This document shows positions 15,001-30,000 of a stretch of DNA of 64,000 nt, one piece after another. Each line of letters starts with the position of its first letter. Within the stretch, counting starts at the first letter, position 1. The stretch covers positions 310,001 through 374,000 of the forward strand of contig CAXHJY010000973.1 in NCBI GenBank assembly GCA_964016885.1, given 5' to 3'. Source of the DNA: Eledone cirrhosa (Eukaryota). Under the pieces are notes generated by a model. That model did not search any database and was not told the origin of the DNA. It was given only the letters and a program-made list of their open reading frames with translations. A program made the translations under genes and the position numbers.

Positions 15001-18000
15001 TGAGGGCCCAGAACTGTCTAGGGAGTCAGATGTGATATGTGAGGGCCCAGGACTGTCTAGGGAGTCAGATGTGATATGTGAGGGCACAGAACTGTCTGGG
15101 GAGTCAGATGTGAGATGTGAGCTCCCAGAACTGTCTAGGGAGTCAGATGTGAGATGTGAAGGCCCAGACCTGTCTGGGAAGTCAGATGTGAGATGTGAGG
15201 GCCCAGAACTGTCTAGGGAGTCAGATGTGAGATGTTAGGGCCCAGAACTGTCTGGGGAGTCAGATGTGAGATGTGAGCTCCCAGAACTGTCTAGGGAGTC
15301 AGATGTGATATGTGAGGGCCCAGAACTGTCTAGGGAGTCAGATGTGAGATGTTAGGGCCCAGAACTGTCTGGGGAGTCAGATGTGAGATGTGAGCTCCCA
15401 GAACTATCTGGGGAGTCAGATGTGAGATGTGAGGGCCCAGAACTGTCTGGGGAGTCAGATGTGAGATGTGAGCTCCCAGAACTAACTGGGGAGTCAGATG
15501 TGAGATGTGAGGGCCCAGAACTGTCTGGGGAGTCAGATGTGAGATGTGAGGGCCCAGAACTATCTGGGGAGTCAGATGTGAGATGTGAGCTCTCAGAACT
15601 GTTTGGGGAGTCAGATGTGAGATGAGGGCCCAGAACTGTCTGGGGAGTCAGATGTGAGATGTGAGGGCCCAGAACTGTCTAGGGAGTCAGATGTGAGATG
15701 TTAGGGCCCAGAACTGTCTGGGGAGTCAGATGTGAGATGTGAGGGCACAGAACTGTCTGGGGAGTCAGATGTGAGGTGTGAGCTCCCAGAACTGTCTGGG
15801 GAGTCAGATGTGAGATGTGAGCTCCCAGAACTGTCTAGGGAGTCTGTGAGATGTGAGGGCCCAGAACTGTCTCGGGAATCAATGTGAGATGTTAGGGCCC
15901 AGAACTATCTAGCGAGTCAGATGTGAGATGTGAGGGCCCAGAACTGTCGAGGGAGTCAGATGTGAGAAGTGAGGGCCCAGAACTGTCTAGGGAGTCAGGT
16001 GTGAGATGTCAGGGCCTAGAACTGTCTGGGGAGTCAGATGTGAGATGTGAGCTCCCAGAACTGTCTAGGGGGTTAGATGTGAGATGTGAGGGCCCAGAAC
16101 TGTCTGGGGAGTCAGATGTGAGATGTGAGCTCCCAGAACTATCTGGGGAGTCAGATGTGAGATGTGAGCTCCCAGAACTGTTTGGGGAGTCAGATGTGAG
16201 ATCCCAGAACTGTCTAGGGAGTCAGATGTGAGATGTGAGCTCCTAGAACTGTCTAGGGAGTCAGATGTGAGATGTGAGGGCACAGAACTATCTGGGGAGT
16301 CAGATGTGAGATGTGAGCTCCCAGAACTGTCTAGGGAGTCAGATGTGAGATGTGAGGGCCCAGAACTGTCTAGGGAGTCACATGTGAGATGTGAGCTCCC
16401 AGAACTGTCTGGGGAGTCAGGTTGAGCTCCCAGAACTGTCTAGGGAGTCAGATGTGAGATGTGAGGGCACAGAACTGTCTGGGGAGTCAGATGTGAGATG
16501 TGAGCTCCCAGAACTGTCTAGGGAGTCAGATGTGAGATGTGAGGGCCCAGAACTGTCTAGGGAGTCACATGTGAGATGTGAGCTCCCAGAACTGTCTGGG
16601 GAGTCAGGTTGAGCTCCCAGAACTGTCTAGGGAGTCAGATGTGAGATGTGAGGGCCCAGAACTGTCCGGGAAGTCAGATTTGAGATGTGAGGGCCCAGAA
16701 CTGTCTGGGGAGTCAGGTTGAGCTCCCAGAACTGTCTAGGGAGTCAGATGTGAGATGTGAGGGCCCAGAACTGTCCGGGAAGTCAGATTTGAGATGTGAG
16801 GGCCCAGAACTGTCTGGGGAGTCAGATGTGAGATGTGAGCTCCCAGCACTGTCTAGGGAGTCAGATGTGAGATGTGAGGGCCCAGAACTGTCCGGGAAGT
16901 CAGATGTGAGATGTGAGCTCCCAGAACTGTCTAGGGAGTCAGTTGTGAGATGTGAGAGCCCAGAACTGTCTAGGGAGTCAGATGTGAGATGTTAGGGCCC
17001 AGAACTGTCTGGGGAGTCAGATGTGAGATGTGAGCTCCCAGAACTGTCTGGGGAGTCAGGTGTGAGCTCCCAGAACTGTCTAGGGAGTCAGATGTGAGAT
17101 GTGAGGGCCCAGACCTGTCTGGGAAGTCAGATGTGAGATGCGAGGGCCCAGAACTGTCTAGGGAGTCAGATGTGAGATGTTAGGGCCCAGAACTGTCTGG
17201 GGAGTCAGATGTGAGATGTGAGCTCCCAGAACTGTCTAGGGAGTCAGATGTGATATGTGAGGGCCCAGAACTGTCTAGGGAGTCAGATGTGAGATGTTAG
17301 GGCCCAGAACTGTCTAGAGAGTCAGATGTGAGATGTGAGCTCCCAGAACTATCTGGGGAGTCAGATGTGAGATGTGAGGGCCCAGAACTATCTGGGGAGT
17401 CAGATGTGAGCTCCCAGAACTGTTTGGGAAGTCAGATGTGAGATGTGAGCTCCCAGAACTGTCTAGGGAGTCAGATGTGAGATGAGGGCCCAGAACTGTC
17501 TGGGAAGTCAGATGTGAGATGTGAGGGCCCAGAACTGTCTAGGGAGTCAGATGTGAGATGTTAGAGCCCAGAACTGTCTGGGGAGTCAGATGTGAGATGT
17601 GAGCTCCCAGAACTGTCTAGGGAGTCTGTGAGATGTGAGGGCCCAGAACTGTCTAGGGAATCAGATGTGAGATTTTAGGGCCCAGAACTGTCGAGGGAGT
17701 CAGATGTGAGATGTGAGGGCCCAGAACTGTCGAGGGAGTCAGATGTGAGATGTGAGGGTCCAGAACTGTCTAGGGAGTCAGGTGTGAGATGTCAGGGCCT
17801 AGAACTGTCTGGGGAGTCAGATGTGAGATGTGAGCTCCCAGAACTGTCTGGGGAGTCAGATGTGAGATGTGAGCTCCCAGAACTGTTTGGGAAGTCAGAT
17901 GTGAGATGTGAGCTCCCAGAACTGTCTAGGGGGTCAGATGTGAGATGTGAGCTCCCAGAACTGTCTGGGGAGTCAGATGTGAGATGAGGGCACAGAACTG

Positions 18001-21000
18001 TCTGGGGAGTCAGATGTGAGATGTGAGCTCCCAGAACTGTCTAGGGAGTCAGATGTGAGATGTGAGGGCCCAGAACTGTCCGGGAAGTCAGATTTGAGAT
18101 GTGAGGGCCCAGAACTGTCTGGGAAGTCAGATGTGAGATGTGAGGGCCCAGAACTGTCTAGGGAGTCAGATGTGAGATGTGAGAGCCCAGAACTGTCTAG
18201 GGAGTCAGATGTGAGATGTTAGGGCCCAGAACTGTCTGGGGAGTCAGATGTGAGATGTGAGCTCCCAGAACTGTCTGGGGAGTCAGATGTGAGATGTGAG
18301 GGCCCAGAACTGTCTGGGGAGTCAGGTGTGAGATGTGAGGGCCCAGAACTGTCTGGGGAGTCAGATGTGAGATGTGAGGGCCCAGAACTATCTGGGGAGT
18401 CAGATGTGAGATGTGAGCTCCCAGAACTGTTTGGGGAGTCAGATGTGAGATGTGAGCTCCCAGAACTGTCTAGGGAGTCAGATGTGAGATGAGGGCCCAG
18501 AACTGTCTGGGGAGTCAGATGTGAGATGTGAGGGCCCAGAACTGTCTGGGAAGTCAGATGTGAGATGTGAGGGCCCAGAACTGTCTAGGGAGTCAGATGT
18601 GAGATGTTAGGGCCCAGAACTGTCTGGGGAGTCTGATGTGAGATGTGAGGGCCCAGAACTGTCTAGGGAGTCAGATGTGAGATGTGAGCTCCCAGAACTG
18701 TCTAGGGAGTCAGATGTGAGATGTGAGATCCCAGAACTGTCTGGGGAGTCAGATGTGAGATGTGAGCTCCCAGAACTGTCTGGGAAGTCAGATGTGAGGG
18801 CGCAGAGCTGTCTGGGGAGTCAGATGTGAATGTGAGGGCCCAGAACTGTCTAGGGAGTTAGATGTGAGATGAGGGCCCAGAACTGTCTAGGGAGTCAGAT
18901 GTGAGATGAGGGCACAGAACTGTCTAGGGAGTCAGATGTGAGATGTGAGAGCCCAGAACTGTCTAGGGAGTCAGATGTGAGATGTTAGGGCCCAGAACTG
19001 TCTGGGGAGTCAGATGTGAGATGTGAGCTCCCAGAACTGTCTGGGGAGTCAGATGTGAGATGTGAGGGCCCAGAACTGTCTAGGGAGTCAGATGTGAGAT
19101 GTTAGGGCCCAGAACTGTCTGGGGAGTCAGATGTGAGATGTGTGGGCCCAGAACTATCTGGGGAGTCAGATGTGAGATGTGAGGGCCCAGAACTGTCTGG
19201 GGAGTCAGATGTGAGATGTGAGGGCCCAGAACTATCTGGGGAGTCAGATGTGAGATGTGAGGGCCCAGAACTGTCTGGGGAGTCTGATGTGAGATGTGAG
19301 GGCCCAGAACTGTCTAGGGAGTCAGATGTGAGATGTGAGCTCCCAGAACTGTCTAGGGAGTCAGATGTGAGATGTGAGCTCCCAGAACTGTCTGGGGAGT
19401 CAGATGTGAGATGTGAGCTCCCAGAACTGTCTGGGAAGTCAGATGTGAGGGCGCAGAGCTGTCTGGGGAGTCAGATGTGAATGTGAGGGCCCAGAACTGT
19501 CTAGGGAGTTAGATGTGAGATGAGGGCCCAGAACTGTCTAGGGAGTCAGATGTGAGATGAGGGCACAGAACTGTCTAGGGAGTCAGATGTGAGATGTGAG
19601 GGCCCAGAACTATCTGGGGAGTCAGATGTGAGATGTGAGCTCCCAGAACTGTTTGGGGAGTCAGATGTGAGATGTGAGCTCCCAGAACTGTCTAGGGAGT
19701 CAGATGTGAGATGTGAGCTCCCAGAACTGTCTAGGGAGTCAGATGTGAGATGTGAGCTCCCAGAACTGTCTAGGGAGTCAGATGTGAGATGTGAGCTCCC
19801 AGAACTGTCTGGGGAGTCAGATGTGAGATGTGAGCTCCCAGAACTGTCTAGGGAGTCAGGTGTGAGCTCCCAGAACTGTCTGGGGACTCAGATGTGAGAT
19901 GTGAGCTCCCAGAATTGTCTAGGGGGTTAGATGTGAGATGTGAGGGCCCAGAACTGTCTCGGGAGTCAGGTGTGAGATGTCAGGGCCTAGAACTGTCTGG
20001 GGAGTCAGATGTGAGATGTGAGCTCCCAGAACTGTCTGGGGAGTCAGATGTGAGATGTGAGCTCCCAGAACTGTTTGGGAAGTCAGATGTGAGATGTGAG
20101 CTCCCAGAACTGTCTAGGGGGTCAGATGTGAGATGTGAGCTCCCAGAACTGTCTGGGGAGTCAGATGTGAGATGAGGGCACAGAACTGTCTGGGGAGTCA
20201 GATGTGAGATGTGAGCTCCCAGAACTGTCTAGGGAGTCAGATGTGAGATGTGAGGGCCCAGAACTGTCCGGGAAGTCAGATTTGAGATGTGAGGGCCCAG
20301 AACTGTCTGGGAAGTCAGATGTGAGATGTGAGGGCCCAGAACTGTCTAGGGAGTCAGATGTGAGATGTGAGAGCCCAGAACTGTCTAGGGAGTCAGATGT
20401 GAGATGTTAGGGCCCAGAACTGTCTGGGGAGTCAGATGTGAGATGTGAGCTCCCAGAACTGTCTGGGGAGTCAGATGTGAGATGTGAGGGCCCAGAACTG
20501 TCTGGGGAGTCAGGTGTGAGATGTGAGGGCCCAGAACTGTCTGGGGAGTCAGATGTGAGATGTGAGGGCCCAGAACTATCTGGGGAGTCAGATGTGAGAT
20601 GTGAGCTCCCAGAACTGTTTGGGGAGTCAGATGTGAGATGTGAGCTCCCAGAACTGTCTAGGGAGTCAGATGTGAGATGAGGGCCCAGAACTGTCTGGGG
20701 AGTCAGATGTGAGATGTGAGGGCCCAGAACTGTCTGGGAAGTCAGATGTGAGATGTGAGGGCCCAGAACTGTCTAGGGAGTCAGATGTGAGATGTTAGGG
20801 CCCAGAACTGTCTGGGGAGTCTGATGTGAGATGTGAGGGCCCAGAACTGTCTAGGGAGTCAGATGTGAGATGTGAGCTCCCAGAACTGTCTAGGGAGTCA
20901 GATGTGAGATGTGAGCTCCCAGAACTGTCTGGGGAGTCAGATGTGAGATGTGAGCTCCCAGAACTGTCTGGGAAGTCAGATGTGAGGGCGCAGAGCTGTC

Positions 21001-24000
21001 TGGGGAGTCAGATGTGAATGTGAGGGCCCAGAACTGTCTAGGGAGTTAGATGTGAGATGAGGGCCCAGAACTGTCTAGGGAGTCAGATGTGAGATGAGGG
21101 CACAGAACTGTCTAGGGAGTCAGATGTGAGATGTGAGAGCCCAGAACTGTCTAGGGAGTCAGATGTGAGATGTTAGGGCCCAGAACTGTCTGGGGAGTCA
21201 GATGTGAGATGTGAGCTCCCAGAACTGTCTGGGGAGTCAGATGTGAGATGTGAGGGCCCAGAACTGTCTAGGGAGTCAGATGTGAGATGTTAGGGCCCAG
21301 AACTGTCTGGGGAGTCAGATGTGAGATGTGTGGGCCCAGAACTATCTGGGGAGTCAGATGTGAGATGTGAGGGCCCAGAACTGTCTGGGGAGTCAGATGT
21401 GAGATGTGAGGGCCCAGAACTATCTGGGGAGTCAGATGTGAGATGTGAGGGCCCAGAACTGTCTGGGGAGTCTGATGTGAGATGTGAGGGCCCAGAACTG
21501 TCTAGGGAGTCAGATGTGAGATGTGAGCTCCCAGAACTGTCTAGGGAGTCAGATGTGAGATGTGAGCTCCCAGAACTGTCTGGGGAGTCAGATGTGAGAT
21601 GTGAGCTCCCAGAACTGTCTGGGAAGTCAGATGTGAGGGCGCAGAGCTGTCTGGGGAGTCAGATGTGAATGTGAGGGCCCAGAACTGTCTAGGGAGTTAG
21701 ATGTGAGATGAGGGCCCAGAACTGTCTAGGGAGTCAGATGTGAGATGAGGGCACAGAACTGTCTAGGGAGTCAGATGTGAGATGTGAGGGCCCAGAACTA
21801 TCTGGGGAGTCAGATGTGAGATGTGAGCTCCCAGAACTGTTTGGGGAGTCAGATGTGAGATGTGAGCTCCCAGAACTGTCTAGGGAGTCAGATGTGAGAT
21901 GTGAGCTCCCAGAACTGTCTAGGGAGTCAGATGTGAGATGTGAGCTCCCAGAACTGTCTAGGGAGTCAGATGTGAGATGTGAGCTCCCAGAACTGTCTGG
22001 GGAGTCAGATGTGAGATGTGAGCTCCCAGAACTGTCTAGGGAGTCAGGTGTGAGCTCCCAGAACTGTCTGGGGACTCAGATGTGAGATGTGAGGGCCCAG
22101 AACTGTCTAGGGAGTCAGATGTGATATGTGAGGGCCCAGAACTGTCTAGGGAGTCAGATGTGATATGTGAGGGCCCAGAACTGTCTAGGGAGTCAGATGT
22201 GATATGTGAGGGCACAGAACTGTCTGGGGAGTCAGATGTGAGATGTGAGCTCCCAGAACTGTCTAGGGAGTCAGATGTGAGATGTGAGGGCCCAGAACTT
22301 TCTGGGGAGTCAGATGTGAGATGTGAGCTCCCAGAACTGTCTAGGGAGTCAGATGTGAGATGTGAGGGCCCAGAACTATCTGGGGACTCAGATGTGAGAT
22401 GTGAGGGCCCAGAACTGTCTAGGGAGTCATGTGAGATGTGAGCTCCCAGAACTGTCTGGGGAGTCAGATGTGAGATGTGAGCTCCCAGAACTGTCTAGGG
22501 AGTCTGTGAGATGTGAGGGCCCAGAACTGTCTAGGGAATCAGATGTGAGATGTTAGGGCCCAGAACTGTCGAGGGAGTCAGATGTGAGATGTGAGGGCCC
22601 AGAACTGTCGAGGGAGTCAGATGTGAGATGTGAGGGTCCAGAACTGTCTAGGGAGTCAGGTGTGAGATGTCAGGGCCTAGAACTGTCTGGGGAGTCAGAT
22701 GTGAGATGTGAGCTCCCAGAACTGTCTAGGGAGTTAGATGTGAGATGTGAGGGCCCAGAACTGTCTAGGGAGTCAGGTGTGAGATGTCAGGGCCTAGAAC
22801 TGTCTGGGGAGTCAGATGTGAGATGTGAGCTCCGAGAACTGTCTGGGGAGTCAGATGTGAGATGTGAGCTCCCAGAACTGTTTGGGAAGTCAGATGTGAG
22901 ATGTGAGCTCCCAGAACTGTCTAGGGAGTCAGATGTGAGATGTGAGCTCCCAGAACTGTCTGGGGAGTCAGATGTGAGATGAGGGCACAGAACTGTCTGG
23001 GGAGTCAGATGTGAGATGAGAGCTCCCAGAACTGTCTAGGGAGTCAGATGTGAGATGTGAGGGCCCAGAACTGTCCGGGAAGTCAGATTTGAGATGTGAG
23101 GGCCCAGAACTGTCTGGGAAGTCAGATGTGAGATGTGAGGGCCCAGAACTGTCTAGGGAGTCAGATGTGAGATGTGAGAGCCCAGAACTGTCTAGGGAGT
23201 CAGATGTGAGATGTTAGGGCCCAGAACTGTCTGGGGAGTCAGATGTGAGATGTGAGCTCCCAGAACTGTCTGGGGAGTCAGATGTGAGATGTGAGGGCCC
23301 AGAACTGTCTGGGGAGTCAGGTGTGAGATGTGAGGGCCCAGAACTGTCTGGGGAGTCAGATGTGAGATGTGAGGGCCCAGAACTATCTGGGGAGTCAGAT
23401 GTGAGATGTGAGCTCCCAGAACTGTTTGGGGAGTCAGATGTGAGATGTGAGCTCCCAGAACTGTCTAGGGAGTCAGATGTGAGATGAGGGCCCAGAACTG
23501 TCTGGGGAGTCAGATGTGAGATGTGAGGGCCCAGAACTGTCTGGGAAGTCAGATGTGAGATGTGAGGGCCCAGAACTCTCTAGGGAGTCAGATGTGAGAT
23601 GTTAGGGCCCAGAACTGTCTGGGGAGTCAGATGTGAGATGTGAGCTCCCAGAACTGTCTAGGGAGTCAGATGTGAGATGTGAGCTCCCAGAACTGTCTGG
23701 GGAGTCAGATGTGAGATGTGAGCTCCCAGAACTGTCTGGGAAGTCAGATGTGAGGGCGCAGAGCTGTCTGGGGAGTCAGATGTGAATGTGAGGGCCCAGA
23801 ACTGTCTAGGGAGTTAGATGTGAGATGAGGGCCCAGAACTGTCTAGGGAGTCAGATGTGAGATGAGGGCACAGAACTGTCTAGGGAGTCAGATGTGAGAT
23901 GTGAGGGCCCAGAACTATCTGGGGAGTCAGATGTGAGATGTGAGCTCCCAGAACTGTTTGGGGAGTCAGATGTGAGATGTGAGCTCCCAGAACTGTCTAG

Positions 24001-27000
24001 GGAGTCAGATGTGAGATGTGAGCTCCCAGAACTGTCTAGGGAGTCAGATGTGAGATGTGAGCTCCCAGAACTGTCTAGGGAGTCAGATGTGAGATGTGAG
24101 CTCCCAGAACTGTCTGGGGAGTCAGATGTGAGCTCCCAGAACTGTCTAGGGAGTCAGATGTGAGATGTGAGGGCCCAGAACTGTCTGGGGACTCAGATGT
24201 GAGATGTGAGGGCCCAGAACTGTCTAGGGAGTCAGATGTGATATGTGAGGGCCCAGAACTGTGTAGGGAGTCAGATGTGATATGTGAGGGCACAGAACTG
24301 TCTGGGGAGTCAGATGTGAGATGTGAGCTCCCAGAACTGTCTAGGGAGTCAGATGTGAGATGTGAGGGCCCAGAACTTTCTGGGGAGTCAGATGTGAGAT
24401 GTGAGCTCCCAGAACTGTCTAGGGAGTCAGATGTGAGATGTGAGGGCCCAGAACTATCTGGGGACTCAGATGTGAGATGTGAGGGCCCAGAACTGTCTAG
24501 GGAGTCATGTGAGATGTGAGCTCCCAGAACTGTCTGGGGAGTCAGGTGTGAGCTCCCAGAACTGTCTAGGGAGTCAGATGTGAGATGTGAGGGCCCAGAA
24601 CTGTCTAGGGAGTCAGATGTGATATGTGAGGGCCCAGGACTGTCTAGGGAGTCAGATGTGATATGTGAGGGCACAGAACTGTCTGGGGAGTCAGATGTGA
24701 GATGTGAGCTCCCAGAACTGTCTAGGGAGTCAGATGTGAGATGTGAAGGCCCAGACCTGTCTGGGAAGTCAGATGTGAGATGTGAGGGCCCAGAACTGTC
24801 TAGGGAGTCAGATGTGAGATGTTAGGGCCCAGAACTGTCTGGGGAGTCAGATGTGAGATGTGAGCTCCCAGAACTGTCTAGGGAGTCAGATGTGATATGT
24901 GAGGGCCCAGAACTGTCTAGGGAGTCAGATGTGAGATGTTAGGGCCCAGAACTGTCTGGGGAGTCAGATGTGAGATGTGAGCTCCCAGAACTATCTGGGG
25001 AGTCAGATGTGAGATGTGAGGGCCCAGAACTGTCTGGGGAGTCAGATGTGAGATGTGAGCTCCCAGAACTAACTGGGGAGTCAGATGTGAGATGTGAGGG
25101 CCCAGAACTGTCTGGGGAGTCAGATGTGAGATGTGAGGGCCCAGAACTATCTGGGGAGTCAGATGTGAGATGTGAGCTCCCAGAACTGTTTGGGGAGTCA
25201 GATGTGAGATGAGGGCCCAGAACTGTCTGGGGAGTCAGATGTGAGATGTGAGGGCCCAGAACTGTCTAGGGAGTCAGATGTGAGATGTTAGGGCCCAGAA
25301 CTGTCTGGGGAGTCAGATGTGAGATGTGAGGGCACAGAACTGTCTGGGGAGTCAGATGTGAGGTGTGAGCTCCCAGAACTGTCTGGGGAGTCAGATGTGA
25401 GATGTGAGCTCCCAGAACTGTCTAGGGAGTCTGTGAGATGTGAGGGCCCAGAACTGTCTCGGGAATCAATGTGAGATGTTAGGGCCCAGAACTATCTAGC
25501 GAGTCAGATGTGAGATGTGAGGGCCCAGAACTGTCGAGGGAGTCAGATGTGAGAAGTGAGGGCCCAGAACTGTCTAGGGAGTCAGGTGTGAGATGTCAGG
25601 GCCTAGAACTGTCTGGGGAGTCAGATGTGAGATGTGAGCTCCCAGAACTGTCTAGGGGGTTAGATGTGAGATGTGAGGGCCCAGAACTGTCTGGGGAGTC
25701 AGATGTGAGATGTGAGCTCCCAGAACTATCTGGGGAGTCAGATGTGAGATGTGAGCTCCCAGAACTGTTTGGGGAGTCAGATGTGAGATCCCAGAACTGT
25801 CTAGGGAGTCAGATGTGAGATGTGAGCTCCCAGAACTGTCTAGGGAGTCAGATGTGAGATGTGAGGGCACAGAACTATCTGGGGAGTCAGATGTGAGATG
25901 TGAGCTCCCAGAACTGTCTAGGGAGTCAGATGTGAGATGTGAGGGCCCAGAACTGTCTAGGGAGTCACATGTGAGATGTGAGCTCCCAGAACTGTCTGGG
26001 GAGTCAGGTTGAGCTCCCAGAACTGTCTAGGGAGTCAGATGTGAGATGTGAGGGCACAGAACTGTCTGGGGAGTCAGATGTGAGATGTGAGCTCCCAGAA
26101 CTGTCTAGGGAGTCAGATGTGAGATGTGAGGGCCCAGAACTGTCTAGGGAGTCACATGTGAGATGTGAGCTCCCAGAACTGTCTGGGGAGTCAGGTTGAG
26201 CTCCCAGAACTGTCTAGGGAGTCAGATGTGAGATGTGAGGGCCCAGAACTGTCCGGGAAGTCAGATTTGAGATGTGAGGGCCCAGAACTGTCTGGGGAGT
26301 CAGGTTGAGCTCCCAGAACTGTCTAGGGAGTCAGATGTGAGATGTGAGGGCCCAGAACTGTCCGGGAAGTCAGATTTGAGATGTGAGGGCCCAGAACTGT
26401 CTGGGGAGTCAGATGTGAGATGTGAGCTCCCAGCACTGTCTAGGGAGTCAGATGTGAGATGTGAGGGCCCAGAACTGTCCGGGAAGTCAGATGTGAGATG
26501 TGAGCTCCCAGAACTGTCTAGGGAGTCAGTTGTGAGATGTGAGAGCCCAGAACTGTCTAGGGAGTCAGATGTGAGATGTTAGGGCCCAGAACTGTCTGGG
26601 GAGTCAGATGTGAGATGTGAGCTCCCAGAACTGTCTGGGGAGTCAGGTGTGAGCTCCCAGAACTGTCTAGGGAGTCAGATGTGAGATGTGAGGGCCCAGA
26701 CCTGTCTGGGAAGTCAGATGTGAGATGCGAGGGCCCAGAACTGTCTAGGGAGTCAGATGTGAGATGTTAGGGCCCAGAACTGTCTGGGGAGTCAGATGTG
26801 AGATGTGAGCTCCCAGAACTGTCTAGGGAGTCAGATGTGATATGTGAGGGCCCAGAACTGTCTAGGGAGTCAGATGTGAGATGTTAGGGCCCAGAACTGT
26901 CTAGAGAGTCAGATGTGAGATGTGAGCTCCCAGAACTATCTGGGGAGTCAGATGTGAGATGTGAGGGCCCAGAACTATCTGGGGAGTCAGATGTGAGATC

Positions 27001-30000
27001 CCAGAACTGTTTGGGAAGTCAGATGTGAGATGTGAGCTCCCAGAACTGTCTAGGGAGTCAGATGTGAGATGAGGGCCCAGAACTGTCTGGGAAGTCAGAT
27101 GTGAGATGTGAGGGCCCAGAACTGTCTAGGGAGTCAGATGTGAGATGTTAGAGCCCAGAACTGTCTGGGGAGTCAGATGTGAGATGTGAGCTCCCAGAAC
27201 TGTCTAGGGAGTCTGTGAGATGTGAGGGCCCAGAACTGTCTAGGGAATCAGATGTGAGATTTTAGGGCCCAGAACTGTCGAGGGAGTCAGATGTGAGATG
27301 TGAGGGCCCAGAACTGTCGAGGGAGTCAGATGTGAGATGTGAGGGTCCAGAACTGTCTAGGGAGTCAGGTGTGAGATGTCAGGGCCTAGAACTGTCTGGG
27401 GAGTCAGATGTGAGATGTGAGCTCCCAGAATTGTCTAGGGGGTTAGATGTGAGATGTGAGGGCCCAGAACTGTCTCGGGAGTCAGGTGTGAGATGTCAGG
27501 GCCTAGAACTGTCTGGGGAGTCAGATGTGAGATGTGAGCTCCCAGAACTGTGTGGGGAGTCAGATGTGAGATGTGAGCTCCCAGAACTGTTTGGGAAGTC
27601 AGATGTGAGATGTGAGCTCCCAGAACTGTCTAGGGGGTCAGATGTGAGATGTGAGCTCCCAGAACTGTCTGGGGAGTCAGATGTGAGATGAGGGCACAGA
27701 ACTGTCTGGGGAGTCAGATGTGAGATGTGAGCTCCCAGAACTGTCTAGGGAGTCAGATGTGAGATGTGAGGGCCCAGAACTGTCCGGGAAGTCAGATTTG
27801 AGATGTGAGGGCCCAGAACTGTCTGGGAAGTCAGATGTGAGATGTGAGGGCCCAGAACTGTCTAGGGAGTCAGATGTGAGATGTGAGAGCCCAGAACTGT
27901 CTAGGGAGTCAGATGTGAGATGTTAGGGCCCAGAACTGTCTGGGGAGTCAGATGTGAGATGTGAGCTCCCAGAACTGTCTGGGGAGTCAGATGTGAGATG
28001 TGAGGGCCCAGAACTGTCTGGGGAGTCAGGTGTGAGATGTGAGGGCCCAGAACTGTCTGGTGAGTCAGATGTGAGATGTGAGGGCCCAGAACTATCTGGG
28101 GAGTCAGATGTGAGATGTGAGCTCCCAGAACTGTTTGGGGAGTCAGATGTGAGATGTGAGCTCCCAGAACTGTCTAGGGAGTCAGATGTGAGATGAGGGC
28201 CCAGAACTGTCTGGGGAGTCAGATGTGAGATGTGAGGGCCCAGAACTGTCTGGGAAGTCAGATGTGAGATGTGAGGGCCCAGAACTGTCTAGGGAGTCAG
28301 ATGTGAGATGTTAGGGCCCAGAACTGTCTGGGGAGTCTGATGTGAGATGTGAGGGCCCAGAACTGTCTAGGGAGTCAGATGTGAGATGTGAGCTCCCAGA
28401 ACTGTCTAGGGAGTCAGATGTGAGATGTGAGCTCCCAGAACTGTCTGGGGAGTCAGATGTGAGATGTGAGCTCCCAGAACTGTCTGGGAAGTCAGATGTG
28501 AGGGCGCAGAGCTGTCTGGGGAGTCAGATGTGAATGTGAGGGCCCAGAACTGTCTAGGGAGTTAGATGTGAGATGAGGGCCCAGAACTGTCTAGGGAGTC
28601 AGATGTGAGATGAGGGCACAGAACTGTCTAGGGAGTCAGATGTGAGATGTGAGGGCCCAGAACTATCTGGGGAGTCAGATGTGAGATGTGAGCTCCCAGA
28701 ACTGTTTGGGGAGTCAGATGTGAGATGTGAGCTCCCAGAACTGTCTAGGGAGTCAGATGTGAGATGTGAGCTCCCAGAACTGTCTAGGGAGTCAGATGTG
28801 AGATGTGAGCTCCCAGAACTGTCTAGGGAGTCAGATGTGAGATGTGAGCTCCCAGAACTGTCTGGGGAGTCAGATGTGAGATGTGAGCTCCCAGAACTGT
28901 CTAGGGAGTCAGGTGTGAGCTCCCAGAACTGTCTGGGGACTCAGATGTGAGATGTGAGGGCCCAGAACTGTCTAGGGAGTCAGATGTGATATGTGAGGGC
29001 CCAGAACTGTCTAGGGAGTCAGATGTGATATGTGAGGGCCCAGAACTGTCTAGGGAGTCAGATGTGATATGTGAGGGCACAGAACTGTCTGGGGAGTCAG
29101 ATGTGAGATGTGAGCTCCCAGAACTGTCTAGGGAGTCAGATGTGAGATGTGAGGGCCCAGAACTTTCTGGGGAGTCAGATGTGAGATGTGAGCTCCCAGA
29201 ACTGTCTAGGGAGTCAGATGTGAGATGTGAGGGCCCAGAACTATCTGGGGACTCAGATGTGAGATGTGAGGGCCCAGAACTGTCTAGGGAGTCATGTGAG
29301 ATGTGAGCTCCCAGAACTGTCTGGGGAGTCAGGTGTGAGCTCCCAGAACTGTCTAGGGAGTCAGATGTGAGATGTGAGGGCCCAGAACTGTCTAGGGAGT
29401 CAGATGTGATATGTGAGGGCCCAGGACTGTCTGGGGAGTCAGATGTGATATGTGAGGGCACAGAACTGTCTGGGGAGTCAGATGTGATATGTGAGGGCCC
29501 AGAACTGTCTGGGGAGTCAGATGTGATATGTGAGGGCACAGAACTGTCTGGGGAGTCAGATGTGAGATGTGAGCTCCCAGAACTGTCTAGGGAGTCAGAT
29601 GTGAGATGTGAAGGCCCAGACCTGTCTGGGAAGTCAGATGTGAGATGTGAGGGCCCAGAACTGTCTAGGGAGTCAGATGTGAGATGTTAGGGCCCAGAAC
29701 TGTCTGGGGAGTCAGATGTGATATGTGAGGGCCCAGAACTGTCTAGGGAGTCAGATGTGAGATGTTAGGGCCCAGAACTGTCTGGGGAGTCAGATGTGCG
29801 ATGTGAACTCGCAGAACTGTTTGGGGAGTCAGATGTGAGATGTGAGCTCCCAGAACTGTCTGGGGAGTCAGATGTGAGATGTGAGGGCCCAGAACTGTCT
29901 GGGGAGTCAGATGTGAGATGTGAGCTCCCAGAACTGTCTAGAGAGTCAGATGTGAGATGTGAGCTCCCAGAACTATCTGGGGAGTCAGATGTGAGATGTG